Below are positions 29,114-38,124 of a DNA stretch of 64,000 nt, one piece after another (within the stretch, counting starts at the first letter, position 1; each line of letters begins with the position of its first letter). This stretch comes from a virus (taxonomy: Duplodnaviria > Caudoviricetes): positions 71,164 to 135,163 of the IMG/VR virus record IMGVR_UViG_3300033463_000029; one strand, written 5' to 3'. Made by a program: the position numbers and the translations under genes. Under the pieces are notes generated by a model. The model made no database searches. It was not told where the DNA came from and saw only the letters and a program-made list of their open reading frames with translations.

Positions 29114-29338
29114 TTAAATTCATCTTCGCGAATCTTTTTTCCGTAGCAGTATGCCGGACAAGAAAGACAACACGGAAACAAGCGACACCAGAACGGCAAC
29201 CGCTTGTCATATATAAGTTTTATAAAATCAGAAATAGTCATAATTGAAATCGTCTTCTCTTACGGCGATTGCTCCCATTACTGAAAAAAGAACGAGAACA
29301 CAAAGAAACGGAATACCGGCGATTAGTGAAACGCTCAT
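29114..29338 (-). pseudogene. Two-TM small membrane gene interrupted by in-frame TGA codons
   Basis: Hand translation gives MSVSLIAGIPFLCVLVLFSVMGAIAVREDDFNYDYF*FYKTYI*QAVAVLVSLVSVLSFLSGILLRKKDSRR*I*, where the first three stops are TGA. ATGA-coupled to the upstream gene. Confidence 0.5.
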
Positions 29339-29523
29339 AATTCGTTACGTTTATTTGAAAATTTGTCAGTGTAATAATCTACAGCAACGAGAATTGCGAA
29401 CACGGCCGCAACATTTCCCATATCAAGCGGTTCTTTAAGTAAAAGAGATATGATCCAGCAAATAAATCCGCTGAACAGATACTGCACAATCGATACAATA
29501 TAAGCTTTAACTCTTGGTTTCAT
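29335..29523 (-). CDS. Small two-TM membrane protein
   Basis: 62 aa with two hydrophobic segments. Confidence 0.65.
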   Translation of the reverse strand: MKPRVKAYIVSIVQYLFSGFICWIISLLLKEPLDMGNVAAVFAILVAVDYYTDKFSNKRNEL

Positions 29524-29525
29524 AT

Positions 29526-30110
29526 TTATTTTACGTATAATGATTCTTCAGCATAACAGGGAAACGTCCAGCTTCCATCAAACAGAGGATTTTGAATAAG
29601 CGTAACTTCATTATATCCATCTTTATATGGTTTTGGAAACTTTACGCTAGAAACAAGCTTACCCTCCAGAAGACTGTGAACAAGCATTAGTTGGATTTCG
29701 GTCATCTCTATAAACTTGGCAAGAAGCATATTGTAATCGGTCTTTGATGCAAACGACGATCTTAAGAACGAGACAATCGCATTAAAATCGTGAATAGACT
29801 CAGAAAGAAGAGCTATGTTTGGTATGGACCACCTGTCAATGTAAATCGATTGTGGTTTGGATGACCAAGTCACATTGCACATCTTCTTGTCACCCTCTCT
29901 GAACGGGTACGTAAACCGGGTGAACCCGTTTTCATCAATATACTCGCCATCTGGCGTATAAGCCGGAAACAGTTTGAAAAGTTTCTTAAACTCCTCGACA
30001 TATTCATCAAACAAATATGGCTGAGGGTCTTTTCTGAAATCATGATATTTTATCTTATTGTGAAGATTCCAACCTTCTTTGATCTCAGTTTCCGTTAATG
30101 TTGTTCTCAT
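29526..30110 (-). CDS. Hypothetical protein
   Basis: 194-aa ORF with an ATGA overlap. Confidence 0.7.
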   Translation of the reverse strand: MRTTLTETEIKEGWNLHNKIKYHDFRKDPQPYLFDEYVEEFKKLFKLFPAYTPDGEYIDENGFTRFTYPFREGDKKMCNVTWSSKPQSIYIDRWSIPNIALLSESIHDFNAIVSFLRSSFASKTDYNMLLAKFIEMTEIQLMLVHSLLEGKLVSSVKFPKPYKDGYNEVTLIQNPLFDGSWTFPCYAEESLYVK

Positions 30111-30367
30111 AATGAAAATATTTTTGTTTCGCCAACGTTCATCTTTGCTACAATTTTTCTTATCTCATCATAATCAAATGTAACAAACATTTTTACATTG
30201 TCGAGTCGTTTCAACGAATAGTTTATTTTAAGGGTATCCTCTGCAACATCCCTTGTAACGCCTTTATATTGCATATATTCAGAAATCTTCTTCTCCCACA
30301 TTTGTGGAAGAACACCGGACTTCGGATCAATATCCGGCAAACGAGTTATTTGATACCTTATATTCAT
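30107..30367 (-). CDS. Hypothetical protein
   Basis: 86 aa, starting 5 nt after a -7 element. Confidence 0.7.
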   Translation of the reverse strand: MNIRYQITRLPDIDPKSGVLPQMWEKKISEYMQYKGVTRDVAEDTLKINYSLKRLDNVKMFVTFDYDEIRKIVAKMNVGETKIFSL

Positions 30368-30372
30368 TTTTG

Positions 30373-30403
30373 CAAATATACTACATTTTTAGGGTTTTTC
30401 AAA
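30373..30403 (-). promoter_or_regulatory. Bacteroidota-type promoter TTTG-N19-TATATTTG
   Basis: -33 element at 30400-30403 and -7 element at 30373-30380. Confidence 0.75.
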
Positions 30404-30625
30404 TCAATTGTCGCCAAATCTATATGAAACGAATGCAAAATCTTCATAAGGAACGAATCCAAGTTCTCTTAGACGAGATTTGTCTTCGTCTGACACAGCG
30501 TCCGGTGAAACGCAATTTACAAACAACATATCGTGTTCGCAAGTTGTCGGAAATTCCCTGCCATACTCGTCATCCGGACTGATATATTTCTTAAGGATGG
30601 TCAGGGCTTCAATTAAATCTTCCAT
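30404..30625 (-). CDS. Small hypothetical phage protein (73 aa)
   Basis: Start reassigned to MEDLIEALTI, downstream of its promoter. PT.CEHD.L.V and S.RFG motifs. Confidence 0.7.
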   Translation of the reverse strand: MEDLIEALTILKKYISPDDEYGREFPTTCEHDMLFVNCVSPDAVSDEDKSRLRELGFVPYEDFAFVSYRFGDN

Positions 30626-30647
30626 AAAACAAAATTTTAATACGGGG

Positions 30648-30679
30648 CAAAGATATAAACAATTTTTGAAAAAAACAAA
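30648..30679 (-). promoter_or_regulatory. Bacteroidota-type promoter TTTG-N20-TATCTTTG
   Basis: -33 element at 30676-30679 and -7 element at 30648-30655. Confidence 0.75.
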
Positions 30680-30705
30680 TGGAACCCGAAGAAAGGATTC
30701 CATTT
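30677..30705 (-). terminator. Probable terminator after the Stealth-GT2 gene
   Basis: Imperfect stem aaatggaa..cc/gg..ttccattt with a minus-strand T-tract. Confidence 0.5.
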
Positions 30706-30731
30706 TAATTAAAACAATTCAACTTTACAAT

Positions 30732-32507
30732 TTAATAGAATTTTGTAGAAAGTTTCAAAAGATTCAGGTCATTTGATAACTCTTTTGAAAATTTCAATCT
30801 GGAAACATTTCTAAAAACAAGTCTTTTTACCAAACGTTTCACAGAAGCATCAGAATTCTTATATTTAGTAAGAGTGTCAAATATGCATCTTATGTATGCA
30901 CGCTGCGTTTCTATTGGAAATCGCCCATCTTTAAATACAGATGTAAGTAGAGAATGCTCCCGCTCAATATAACGATACCCAATATAATTTAATGTTGGAA
31001 GTATCTTTTCTTTCGCAATAACATCTAAAATAAAGAGAGAATCTTCCCAAAGCTGCACTTCTGCAAACCTAATATCTTTCAAAAACTCTTTTCTAAACAT
31101 AATGGAATTAAGCATTGGATCACAATATTTCTCAAACACACTATCTATCGAATAATCGTAATTCATGTTGCAATACAAAAACGACTTTCCATTAAGCTGA
31201 TTTTTTTGTATAAACGTTTGACATAAATTTCTTTCTGTGTTTCTGTTCAAATAATTAACGCAACACTCCAACCGTCTGCTTTCATTAACATCATCGACAT
31301 CTGAGAAACATATATAATCTCCGGTAGCCTTTTCTATTCCAAAATTTCTAGCTTTTGATACACCAGACCAGTCAACAACGAACAGTTTGAATCTATCGTC
31401 TGATTTCGTTGCATCTCTAACAACATCAGCGCCCGAATCTGTGCTGCCGTTATCAATAACGATACATTCAAAATTTTTATATGTTTGTTCTTTTATGTTT
31501 TCGATTAAAGATTTTATAAACGGTTCGCCGTTGTGCATCGGAACAATTATCGAAACCTTTTTGTCTTCAGAATCTTTCTTTTCAAATGAACACCTGAATG
31601 GATATTTTGTCTCAAAATATTCGGTTAAATTGTCTATTTTTTCCTGAAAGTCTACGACGTGTTTATCAAATACGCAACAAACATCAAAATTTTTTATATA
31701 TTTAAAAAACTCAACGTCGTTGTATTGCGACTTCATTTTAAAATCAACGCCGGTTTTTAATCTAGATTTGCATAGATTCTCAACATCGTCTTCATACGCA
31801 AGGAACATATATTGTGTTACGTTTTTTGGATCACGAACTTTTGTAAACGTTTTTAAAAGTTCGTCTCCCCATAAAGAAAACAGTTTTTTCATTGAACTTT
31901 TTCTTAACGGAGACAGCCCATGGTCAGTTCGTATATATGTGGTTTTGGTTGCTGATACTCTTTTTTTCACGCTTCCGAACTTTAAACAATTCTGCCACAT
32001 TTTCCTCCAGTCTTCCTTTTGCGGATTAACGTTTTCAACATAATAAACGTTGCAAGCAATTTTTCTTGTTTTACCATTTCCTTTTGGGAAAAAATCAAAT
32101 TCCGTCATCGGATTGAGAGGAATTATATCATCATTGGCATATATGAAATGCTCGCTGAGCCCTTCGATTCTCCACAAGAAGCATTCAATTGTGTTTGCAT
32201 TAAAACACGGTAAAAATTCTTCTGGAATATAATCTTTGTGATAAACTATCTTTAATCTTGGATTTGATGTATCGAGCCAATCCGGTATTTGTGACGGTCC
32301 GGATAATATAAGGTAAATGTTTCTAATCCAGGGCATATTCTCTTCTACACCGCGAAAAACATATTTCAATGTGCCCATACTTCTATATCTGTAAAGAGAA
32401 TTCCACTCTCCGCTGTTTCCTCCGTTTACATTCTCATACGGCTTGTGTTGCTCTTGCCAAACTGGGTCACTGCAATCTACAAACGGAACGACAAAGTCTA
32501 TATTCAT
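30732..32507 (-). CDS. Stealth-family sugar-1-phosphate transferase fused to a GT2 glycosyltransferase
   Basis: Stealth CR1 IDFVVPFVDCSDPVW and CR2 LKYVFRGVEENMPWIRNIYL...LPCFNANTIE...GLSEHFIYANDD. GT2 VSIIVPMHN...IDNGSTD...GVSKARNFG...FSDVDD...WEDSLF. Confidence 0.9.
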   Translation of the reverse strand: MNIDFVVPFVDCSDPVWQEQHKPYENVNGGNSGEWNSLYRYRSMGTLKYVFRGVEENMPWIRNIYLILSGPSQIPDWLDTSNPRLKIVYHKDYIPEEFLPCFNANTIECFLWRIEGLSEHFIYANDDIIPLNPMTEFDFFPKGNGKTRKIACNVYYVENVNPQKEDWRKMWQNCLKFGSVKKRVSATKTTYIRTDHGLSPLRKSSMKKLFSLWGDELLKTFTKVRDPKNVTQYMFLAYEDDVENLCKSRLKTGVDFKMKSQYNDVEFFKYIKNFDVCCVFDKHVVDFQEKIDNLTEYFETKYPFRCSFEKKDSEDKKVSIIVPMHNGEPFIKSLIENIKEQTYKNFECIVIDNGSTDSGADVVRDATKSDDRFKLFVVDWSGVSKARNFGIEKATGDYICFSDVDDVNESRRLECCVNYLNRNTERNLCQTFIQKNQLNGKSFLYCNMNYDYSIDSVFEKYCDPMLNSIMFRKEFLKDIRFAEVQLWEDSLFILDVIAKEKILPTLNYIGYRYIEREHSLLTSVFKDGRFPIETQRAYIRCIFDTLTKYKNSDASVKRLVKRLVFRNVSRLKFSKELSNDLNLLKLSTKFY

Positions 32508-32529
32508 TATTATTTGTTTAGAGTTTAGG

Positions 32530-32536
32530 TATTTAT
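32530..32536 (-). promoter_or_regulatory. T4-late-like element ATAAATA for the Stealth-GT2 gene
   Basis: Between the capsid terminator and the ATG at 32507. Confidence 0.6.
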
Positions 32537-32540
32537 CCTA

Positions 32541-32573
32541 AAAAGAAAAGGAGGCTCTCTTAGAGTCTCCTTT
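32541..32573 (-). terminator. Intrinsic terminator after the major capsid gene
   Basis: Stem aaaggaggctct/agagtctccttt with a T-rich tail. Confidence 0.75.
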
Positions 32574-32595
32574 ATCTTTGCTATGTTCGTCAAGA

Positions 32596-34389
32596 TTAAA
32601 CGATTCCGTCTGGAGTCTTGATGTAAAGTGTGACATAGTTGAGCTGTGGATACCAACCGAGGTCGATAAGAGCATAACGTGTCTTGATGATGACCTTAGG
32701 AGCAGCAGTGTGTTCAGCGATGAGGCGAACGCTTTCAGCCATAATGTAAGGAGCAAATACAAGACCTGGCTCTTCCTTACCACCCTTACGTCCAACAAGG
32801 ATTCTTGTGTCGTCAGTTCTCATCATAGGGTCAACATAGAGAGTCATACCGGCTACGTTTCCAGCAGGATAGAGGTTACCGTTGCTCTGGCTCAATGTGT
32901 TGGCGATAGGAGAGATAGCATACTGTGAATTGCTCTGGAGCATGCTAGCGATCTTCCAGTTGGTTACGATGAATGTTGCAGGACCTCTACGTCCACGGTT
33001 CATTACGAGGTTACCAGCTGCGAGGATGAGGGTAACGATCTTCTTGAACGTTGTGTCAGCGTTTTCGAATCCGCCGAAGTTTGCAGGAGCAGGAACGTCC
33101 ATTGTTGCGAGAACTTCCTTGAACTCACCATTGATGTCTGGCTCGTCGAAGTATGTTACACAAGTCTTGGTTGTAGCAGCACCTGTGAGTGAGAGGTTGA
33201 GGTTTACACCTTCAGCTTCGTATGCTTCGAAGTGGTTTCTCCAACCGAGAGCGAAGAGTCTGCTGAGGATGTGTTTGTTCATGCTCTGTGAGAGCTCATT
33301 GATACCAGCGGTCTCAACAAGTTTCACAACGTCGATACCCCACTGCTTCTGGAGATCCTGTACCTGTTCCTGAGTAACAGCAACAGCAACTGAGATTGAA
33401 CCAACCTGTACGAACTTTGTGAACACTCTGAGTGACATCTGACGAGGATACTGCATCTCACCAGTTGCACGGCTCATTGGCTCATAGAGGTGCTGGTCAT
33501 CGTGGAATGTGCCACTCCACTTGTCTGAATCGTACTTACCTGAACCGGTGAAGCCAAGAACCTGATCTTCAAGGGCTGAGATGAGACGTGGACGAGCAAG
33601 TGTAAATGTTACACCACCAACAGTTACTTCGAGTTTAGCCTCTGGTCCGAATACCTGTCCAAGAGAAACGTTCTTTGAAGAACCAGAAACCTTGAACATA
33701 GGGTCAGCTGAAATACGGCTTGCACCGATATATTCAACCTTGAGAGCGCCTGAAGCGTCAAGAGCGAACTCTGAAACGCTAGCGTCACGTGTAGCTGCGA
33801 GTGCTTCGTAAGCAGCAGCCTTTGCAGATGCGTCACCAACGATCTTGCAACGGAAAGCGTGAGGAGCCTCGTAGAGAGCGTAAGCTGGATCTACCTGAGC
33901 ACCAAGACGTGTACCAACCTGAGGGTTAGCTGTCTTACCGTCATAAGATGGAGTTGCACCGTAAGCGTCCTTTGAACCTGAATATACATAATCAAGGAAA
34001 GGAATAACGCCTGTTGGACCCTGAAGAGGAATTGTGTTAACAAGGTCGAAACCTACTGTTCTAGCAGCCACCTGAAGTGACATAGGAAGAAGTGCAGGCC
34101 ACTTGTCACCAGAACCGTTAGATGCAGGGTTAGCCTGATCAACAGCTGTCATACCAGCCTGCTGTGCAGGAACTGCATTACCGATACCATTTGTGTTGAA
34201 GAGAGTGTTGAATGGGAATGTTGCGCCACCAGCAGCTTCCTCGTTAAGAGCCATTGCATGGTTGTGTGCATATTCGCAAAGCCACTCAAATCTTGAGCTC
34301 TGTTCGTTAACAGCGTTCTTGGTCATACTTTTTACAGCTGGACCCCAAGCTTCAACGATCATAGCGATGTTGTTTTTATTCTTTGCCAT
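32596..34389 (-). CDS. Major capsid protein (T4 gp23-like)
   Basis: DLVNTIPLQGPTG..FLDYVY, TQEQVQDL..GID, RRGPATFIV, LYVDP, GLVFAPYI and KTRYAL. Strong codon bias. Confidence 0.95.
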   Translation of the reverse strand: MAKNKNNIAMIVEAWGPAVKSMTKNAVNEQSSRFEWLCEYAHNHAMALNEEAAGGATFPFNTLFNTNGIGNAVPAQQAGMTAVDQANPASNGSGDKWPALLPMSLQVAARTVGFDLVNTIPLQGPTGVIPFLDYVYSGSKDAYGATPSYDGKTANPQVGTRLGAQVDPAYALYEAPHAFRCKIVGDASAKAAAYEALAATRDASVSEFALDASGALKVEYIGASRISADPMFKVSGSSKNVSLGQVFGPEAKLEVTVGGVTFTLARPRLISALEDQVLGFTGSGKYDSDKWSGTFHDDQHLYEPMSRATGEMQYPRQMSLRVFTKFVQVGSISVAVAVTQEQVQDLQKQWGIDVVKLVETAGINELSQSMNKHILSRLFALGWRNHFEAYEAEGVNLNLSLTGAATTKTCVTYFDEPDINGEFKEVLATMDVPAPANFGGFENADTTFKKIVTLILAAGNLVMNRGRRGPATFIVTNWKIASMLQSNSQYAISPIANTLSQSNGNLYPAGNVAGMTLYVDPMMRTDDTRILVGRKGGKEEPGLVFAPYIMAESVRLIAEHTAAPKVIIKTRYALIDLGWYPQLNYVTLYIKTPDGIV

Positions 34390-34438
34390 TTCTTTTAAAA
34401 GTTTGTTTTTGTTTTCGTTTGTTAAACTTTTTCTAAAT

Positions 34439-34445
34439 TATTTAT
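34439..34445 (-). promoter_or_regulatory. T4-late-like element ATAAATA for the capsid gene
   Basis: Upstream of the A-rich capsid leader. Confidence 0.55.
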
Positions 34446-34531
34446 TTTTCCATAATTTGAAAAAATAAAAAATTGAAAAAACCCTAACAGAACGCTGTGA
34501 GTACGTGATTTTTCTTTAAATTCGTTTTGTT

Positions 34532-36235
34532 TTAGTTGTTGTACTCACTTGCCATATCAGCGACCATGTTTATGAAATCTTTCGAATATGGTAATCCGCT
34601 TTCCTGAACACTTTCGTTGATTTTTGGCAGATTGTTAATAAATTTCTCATTAAGCATTCTTCTTTGTTGTGCTTCCATGAGTCCGGTATTCTCCCAGAAT
34701 CTGTTCACGTCTCTCTGGTTTTCAAAAAGACAGAACTGTGCTGTTTTTCTGATTGAATCCTTTACCGTTTCGTTGGAACTTTCATAAAGAGCTCTATAGT
34801 CAGCTGGCGCATGCGTTAACCAAACCTCTGTAGGCTTATTATAATCGATTCCGGATTTCCAGTTTTCATTTATTGCTTCAGGTGTGAAAACTCCTTTGTC
34901 CCCAAGATATGCAATCACGTTACTTTTTTGTGATTCGTTCAAACTCATGAATTCTTTGAAGTTTTCGCCAGTAAGCATTGCTGATACTGGATACTTTGAT
35001 ATTGTTAGGGACTCGTTCTTCTTAGCTGATTCACCTTTTCTTTTTATGGTATCAATCAAGTCGTCGATCTTATCCTCAAACTTTTCTTTTCTTTCTTTTA
35101 TATCTTTGCAATCAAAGAGCGCATTCTTTGTGTCCTCCTTGTCTGCATCGCCTTCATTACCTTCGTTAGACTTGTCGTCTTTGTCAGATGCATCGCACTC
35201 ATCAGTTTTTTCTTCTTCTGAATCATCTTTTGAATCTTCATCGTCTGATTTTGAATCATCGTCATCAGAATCTTCGTCGCCTTCCTTGTCGCCTTCGACA
35301 TCCTTAATGTCCACATCGTCATCGTCGGCGGTCACCGCTTCAACATCAATAATCTTGACGCCGTCATCTTCTCCATCTTCCTTATCCTTATCGTCGCCTT
35401 CTTCCTTATCTTTCTCTTCTTCGTCATCAGCCTCAAAAACTGATTTCATTTGTGCAGTTGGATCTCCTTCAGACTTTATCGACTTCTTCTTTTCGTCGAG
35501 TTCCTTTTCTTTATTAGAATTAGTATTCATATCGCTGTTATCGTTTTCTTGCATTTTTGCGACATTTGAACGGAGATTTACGTTTGCGTTTGTCTCTACT
35601 ATTGACAACTCTTCGTCAAGAATTCCAAAATCCTTTGCAGCATTAGTTTCAGCCTTCTTAGCCTCATTCTTCTCTGACTCTGTAAGGAATTTCATTGCTG
35701 TTTCGTCATAAGTCTTTTCGCCAGCCGATTCATTCACTCTGTGAAGAACAGCACCAGCAAAACCTGGCTTACAAACAAGGTCATACGTGTAAATCTGCTG
35801 GATTGAAACCTTACTATCACTCCCTACAGTACCGGCGGCTCTTGAAGATATATGAAGAGGAATTCCCTGATCAACAAGAGACTTCGCAATCTTTCCGTTT
35901 GGAGTATCGAGAAGTTCAATCTTACCCATAACGTTATTGGTCGTTGCATCATACCAGAGGTCAATGACTCTGTGGGATGCTTCCTTAAGCTTAACCTCGA
36001 ATCTGTCGTCCGGGTGGTCAAGCTCACCAAGAATGGGTTCTCCGTTCTTTAAATCATCCCTGAGATACTCAAGGTGCTTAAGATATTCATCCTTTGGATA
36101 AATTCTTTTATTTCTATTAAGGGTGTCAAGCTCTGCAAATATACCTTCTAGAATGTACCCGCCGCGCTCGCCGAGTCCTTCATTAAGTTTAAGAGCGTTG
36201 CTAGCTGCCCTTCTTATCATCAAATTCTTTGGCAT
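34532..36235 (-). CDS. Prohead protease (gp21-like) with an acidic scaffold-like C-terminal extension
   Basis: LEGIF, NRNKRIYP, GELDHP, SHRV, LDTPNG, ISSRAAG and TYDLVCKPGF, followed by a D/E-rich linker. Confidence 0.92.
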   Translation of the reverse strand: MPKNLMIRRAASNALKLNEGLGERGGYILEGIFAELDTLNRNKRIYPKDEYLKHLEYLRDDLKNGEPILGELDHPDDRFEVKLKEASHRVIDLWYDATTNNVMGKIELLDTPNGKIAKSLVDQGIPLHISSRAAGTVGSDSKVSIQQIYTYDLVCKPGFAGAVLHRVNESAGEKTYDETAMKFLTESEKNEAKKAETNAAKDFGILDEELSIVETNANVNLRSNVAKMQENDNSDMNTNSNKEKELDEKKKSIKSEGDPTAQMKSVFEADDEEEKDKEEGDDKDKEDGEDDGVKIIDVEAVTADDDDVDIKDVEGDKEGDEDSDDDDSKSDDEDSKDDSEEEKTDECDASDKDDKSNEGNEGDADKEDTKNALFDCKDIKERKEKFEDKIDDLIDTIKRKGESAKKNESLTISKYPVSAMLTGENFKEFMSLNESQKSNVIAYLGDKGVFTPEAINENWKSGIDYNKPTEVWLTHAPADYRALYESSNETVKDSIRKTAQFCLFENQRDVNRFWENTGLMEAQQRRMLNEKFINNLPKINESVQESGLPYSKDFINMVADMASEYNN

Positions 36236-36253
36236 TTCAAAATCTATTAGGTT

Positions 36254-36775
36254 TTATCTTGCAATGCGTATTTTTCTTCTTGGTCTTTCTCCTGTTCCTT
36301 CTTCATCTTCGTGAGCGACCGGATCGAAGCCTAGTTCATAATCGTTGTCCTTGTCATCGTCTCCGTTATTGTGCTCTTCTTCGTTGTAATCAGGAATAGC
36401 TTCCCTGTCGTGGATAGCATCAAGCATATGATCTGTCTGCTTGTTATCATGATTATAGTAACTGAATTCTGTACATCCTTCAGCCTGAAGGAATTTCCAG
36501 AGATTCACAAGGGCAACGTCCATAAGAGAAAGGAACGTTCCATATTCAGCCTGAAGATTTTCCCAAGGAGTTTTCTCGTCATAATTGAAGTCTTTCAATA
36601 CATCAATTGCGAATTTTCTGTCTTCAATATACTGAAGAAGCTCATACTGAATGAATCCGTGGAGTCTTTCAGTATCATTTTTATCGACATCTTCCTTTGT
36701 AATAAGGTTTTTGTCAATAGCAGACTGCACCTTGTCGGTGATGTCATTCAAAAAAGTATCCTTATTGAATTTCAT
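36254..36775 (-). CDS. Hypothetical protein in the head cluster
   Basis: 173 aa with an acidic C-terminus. Confidence 0.7.
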   Translation of the reverse strand: MKFNKDTFLNDITDKVQSAIDKNLITKEDVDKNDTERLHGFIQYELLQYIEDRKFAIDVLKDFNYDEKTPWENLQAEYGTFLSLMDVALVNLWKFLQAEGCTEFSYYNHDNKQTDHMLDAIHDREAIPDYNEEEHNNGDDDKDNDYELGFDPVAHEDEEGTGERPRRKIRIAR

Positions 36776-36798
36776 AACTTATTACTGATGTCTTTATT

Positions 36799-37284
36799 TT
36801 AAAGTTTTATTGAATTAACAGCCTTTGCCACATAAGCAACCAAAATCTCACCAACCTGCTGGCGATAAAGCTTGTTGCTATATTTCTTGCCAATCTGTGA
36901 ATCGATAGCAGCTTTGGTCTCCTTTACAATCTTAGACTCTTTCTTCAATATTACGTCTTGAAGAATTCTTTCTACAGATGGAGATATTGACTTTTTGATG
37001 AACTTAACAACCTGTTCATCCGTTGATTCCGGAGTCAATGGGAGTTTGCTCTCGTTCAAAAAAGCAACACCTTTTTCTGTAAGACCAACTTCCTTGTTCC
37101 ACATCTCGTTAATCATAGAACGATACGAATCTCTCTCAGCTTCGCTTAACGTTCTGAAATCGTTGATGCCGAACTCCTTCTTCACAGCAGCGACTATTGT
37201 TGCGTGGTCTTTATCAATCGCAGCCTTCTGTTCGTTTATGGCGTTATTTCTGTTTTTTCCGTATACAGAATCAAATGACTTCAT
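36799..37284 (-). CDS. Hypothetical head-cluster protein
   Basis: 161 aa with INE/LNE motifs. ATAAATA at 37309-37315. Confidence 0.7.
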   Translation of the reverse strand: MKSFDSVYGKNRNNAINEQKAAIDKDHATIVAAVKKEFGINDFRTLSEAERDSYRSMINEMWNKEVGLTEKGVAFLNESKLPLTPESTDEQVVKFIKKSISPSVERILQDVILKKESKIVKETKAAIDSQIGKKYSNKLYRQQVGEILVAYVAKAVNSIKL

Positions 37285-37326
37285 GTTATTTGATAAATTT
37301 GCTTTTATTATTTATTTTTGTTAATC

Positions 37327-38124
37327 TTACACGATTTTAAAGTTTTTTATGGAGTAGAACGGATCGGGACCTTCTCTGTATTTAAACTGCCCCGGCTGTA
37401 TTTCATTTTGATATGACATAGATTTAGATGAAAGAACGATTTCATGACCACTCCTTATCCTCTTTGTCGCGATCACCTTTATATAAGACTTTGGTCCTTC
37501 GTCGACAAATTCATAATCAGCATTAGCTTCTATTCCGCACTCCTTATCTATTCTATAATATGAAGCGTATCCGAATGGAACAGCATATATTCCGTTTTTC
37601 TTATCTATTTCTATAGCAAAATCTCTAATGACTTCCGAATAAAGATCAACCTCTCTGATTATTCTAACCGGACAAACTTCAATCACGTCTCCCGGAAGGA
37701 AAAGTTTTCCTGAAATCATTTTACCATCAATGAAGTTAACCTTATCTCTGGTTTCTGAATTCCATACTTTTATATTTTTGAACCTGATATCTTCCTGTTT
37801 TTTAGGTTGAACTTTAACCGAAACTTTCTTTTCATCTTCAGGTTCATCAACATCAAATGGATTTTCGAAATACTCATTCAACTTTTTTGTATAAGAATAT
37901 TCCTTGGCGTATTTCTCAAGCATTGAAAAATATCTTTCAGACTCGTTTATCGAATCTTTGTCCTTGCATTGTTTTGACAAGACCATATGAGATTCGATGA
38001 GACTTGAAAGCTCATCAAGTATACCCTTTCTGAATTTTCCGTTTTTATATCTACTAGTGGCAGCATATTGAAATTTTTCAGATATGCTGTCACTGTAGTT
38101 TCTTATCTGGTCTCTTATATCCAT
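37327..38124 (-). CDS. Protein with a degenerate C-terminal SET domain
   Basis: GDVIEVCPV...AVPFGYASYY...ANADY...IKVIATKRIRSGHEIVL follows the prokaryotic SET pattern but lacks NHS and the catalytic Tyr. Confidence 0.65.
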   Translation of the reverse strand: MDIRDQIRNYSDSISEKFQYAATSRYKNGKFRKGILDELSSLIESHMVLSKQCKDKDSINESERYFSMLEKYAKEYSYTKKLNEYFENPFDVDEPEDEKKVSVKVQPKKQEDIRFKNIKVWNSETRDKVNFIDGKMISGKLFLPGDVIEVCPVRIIREVDLYSEVIRDFAIEIDKKNGIYAVPFGYASYYRIDKECGIEANADYEFVDEGPKSYIKVIATKRIRSGHEIVLSSKSMSYQNEIQPGQFKYREGPDPFYSIKNFKIV

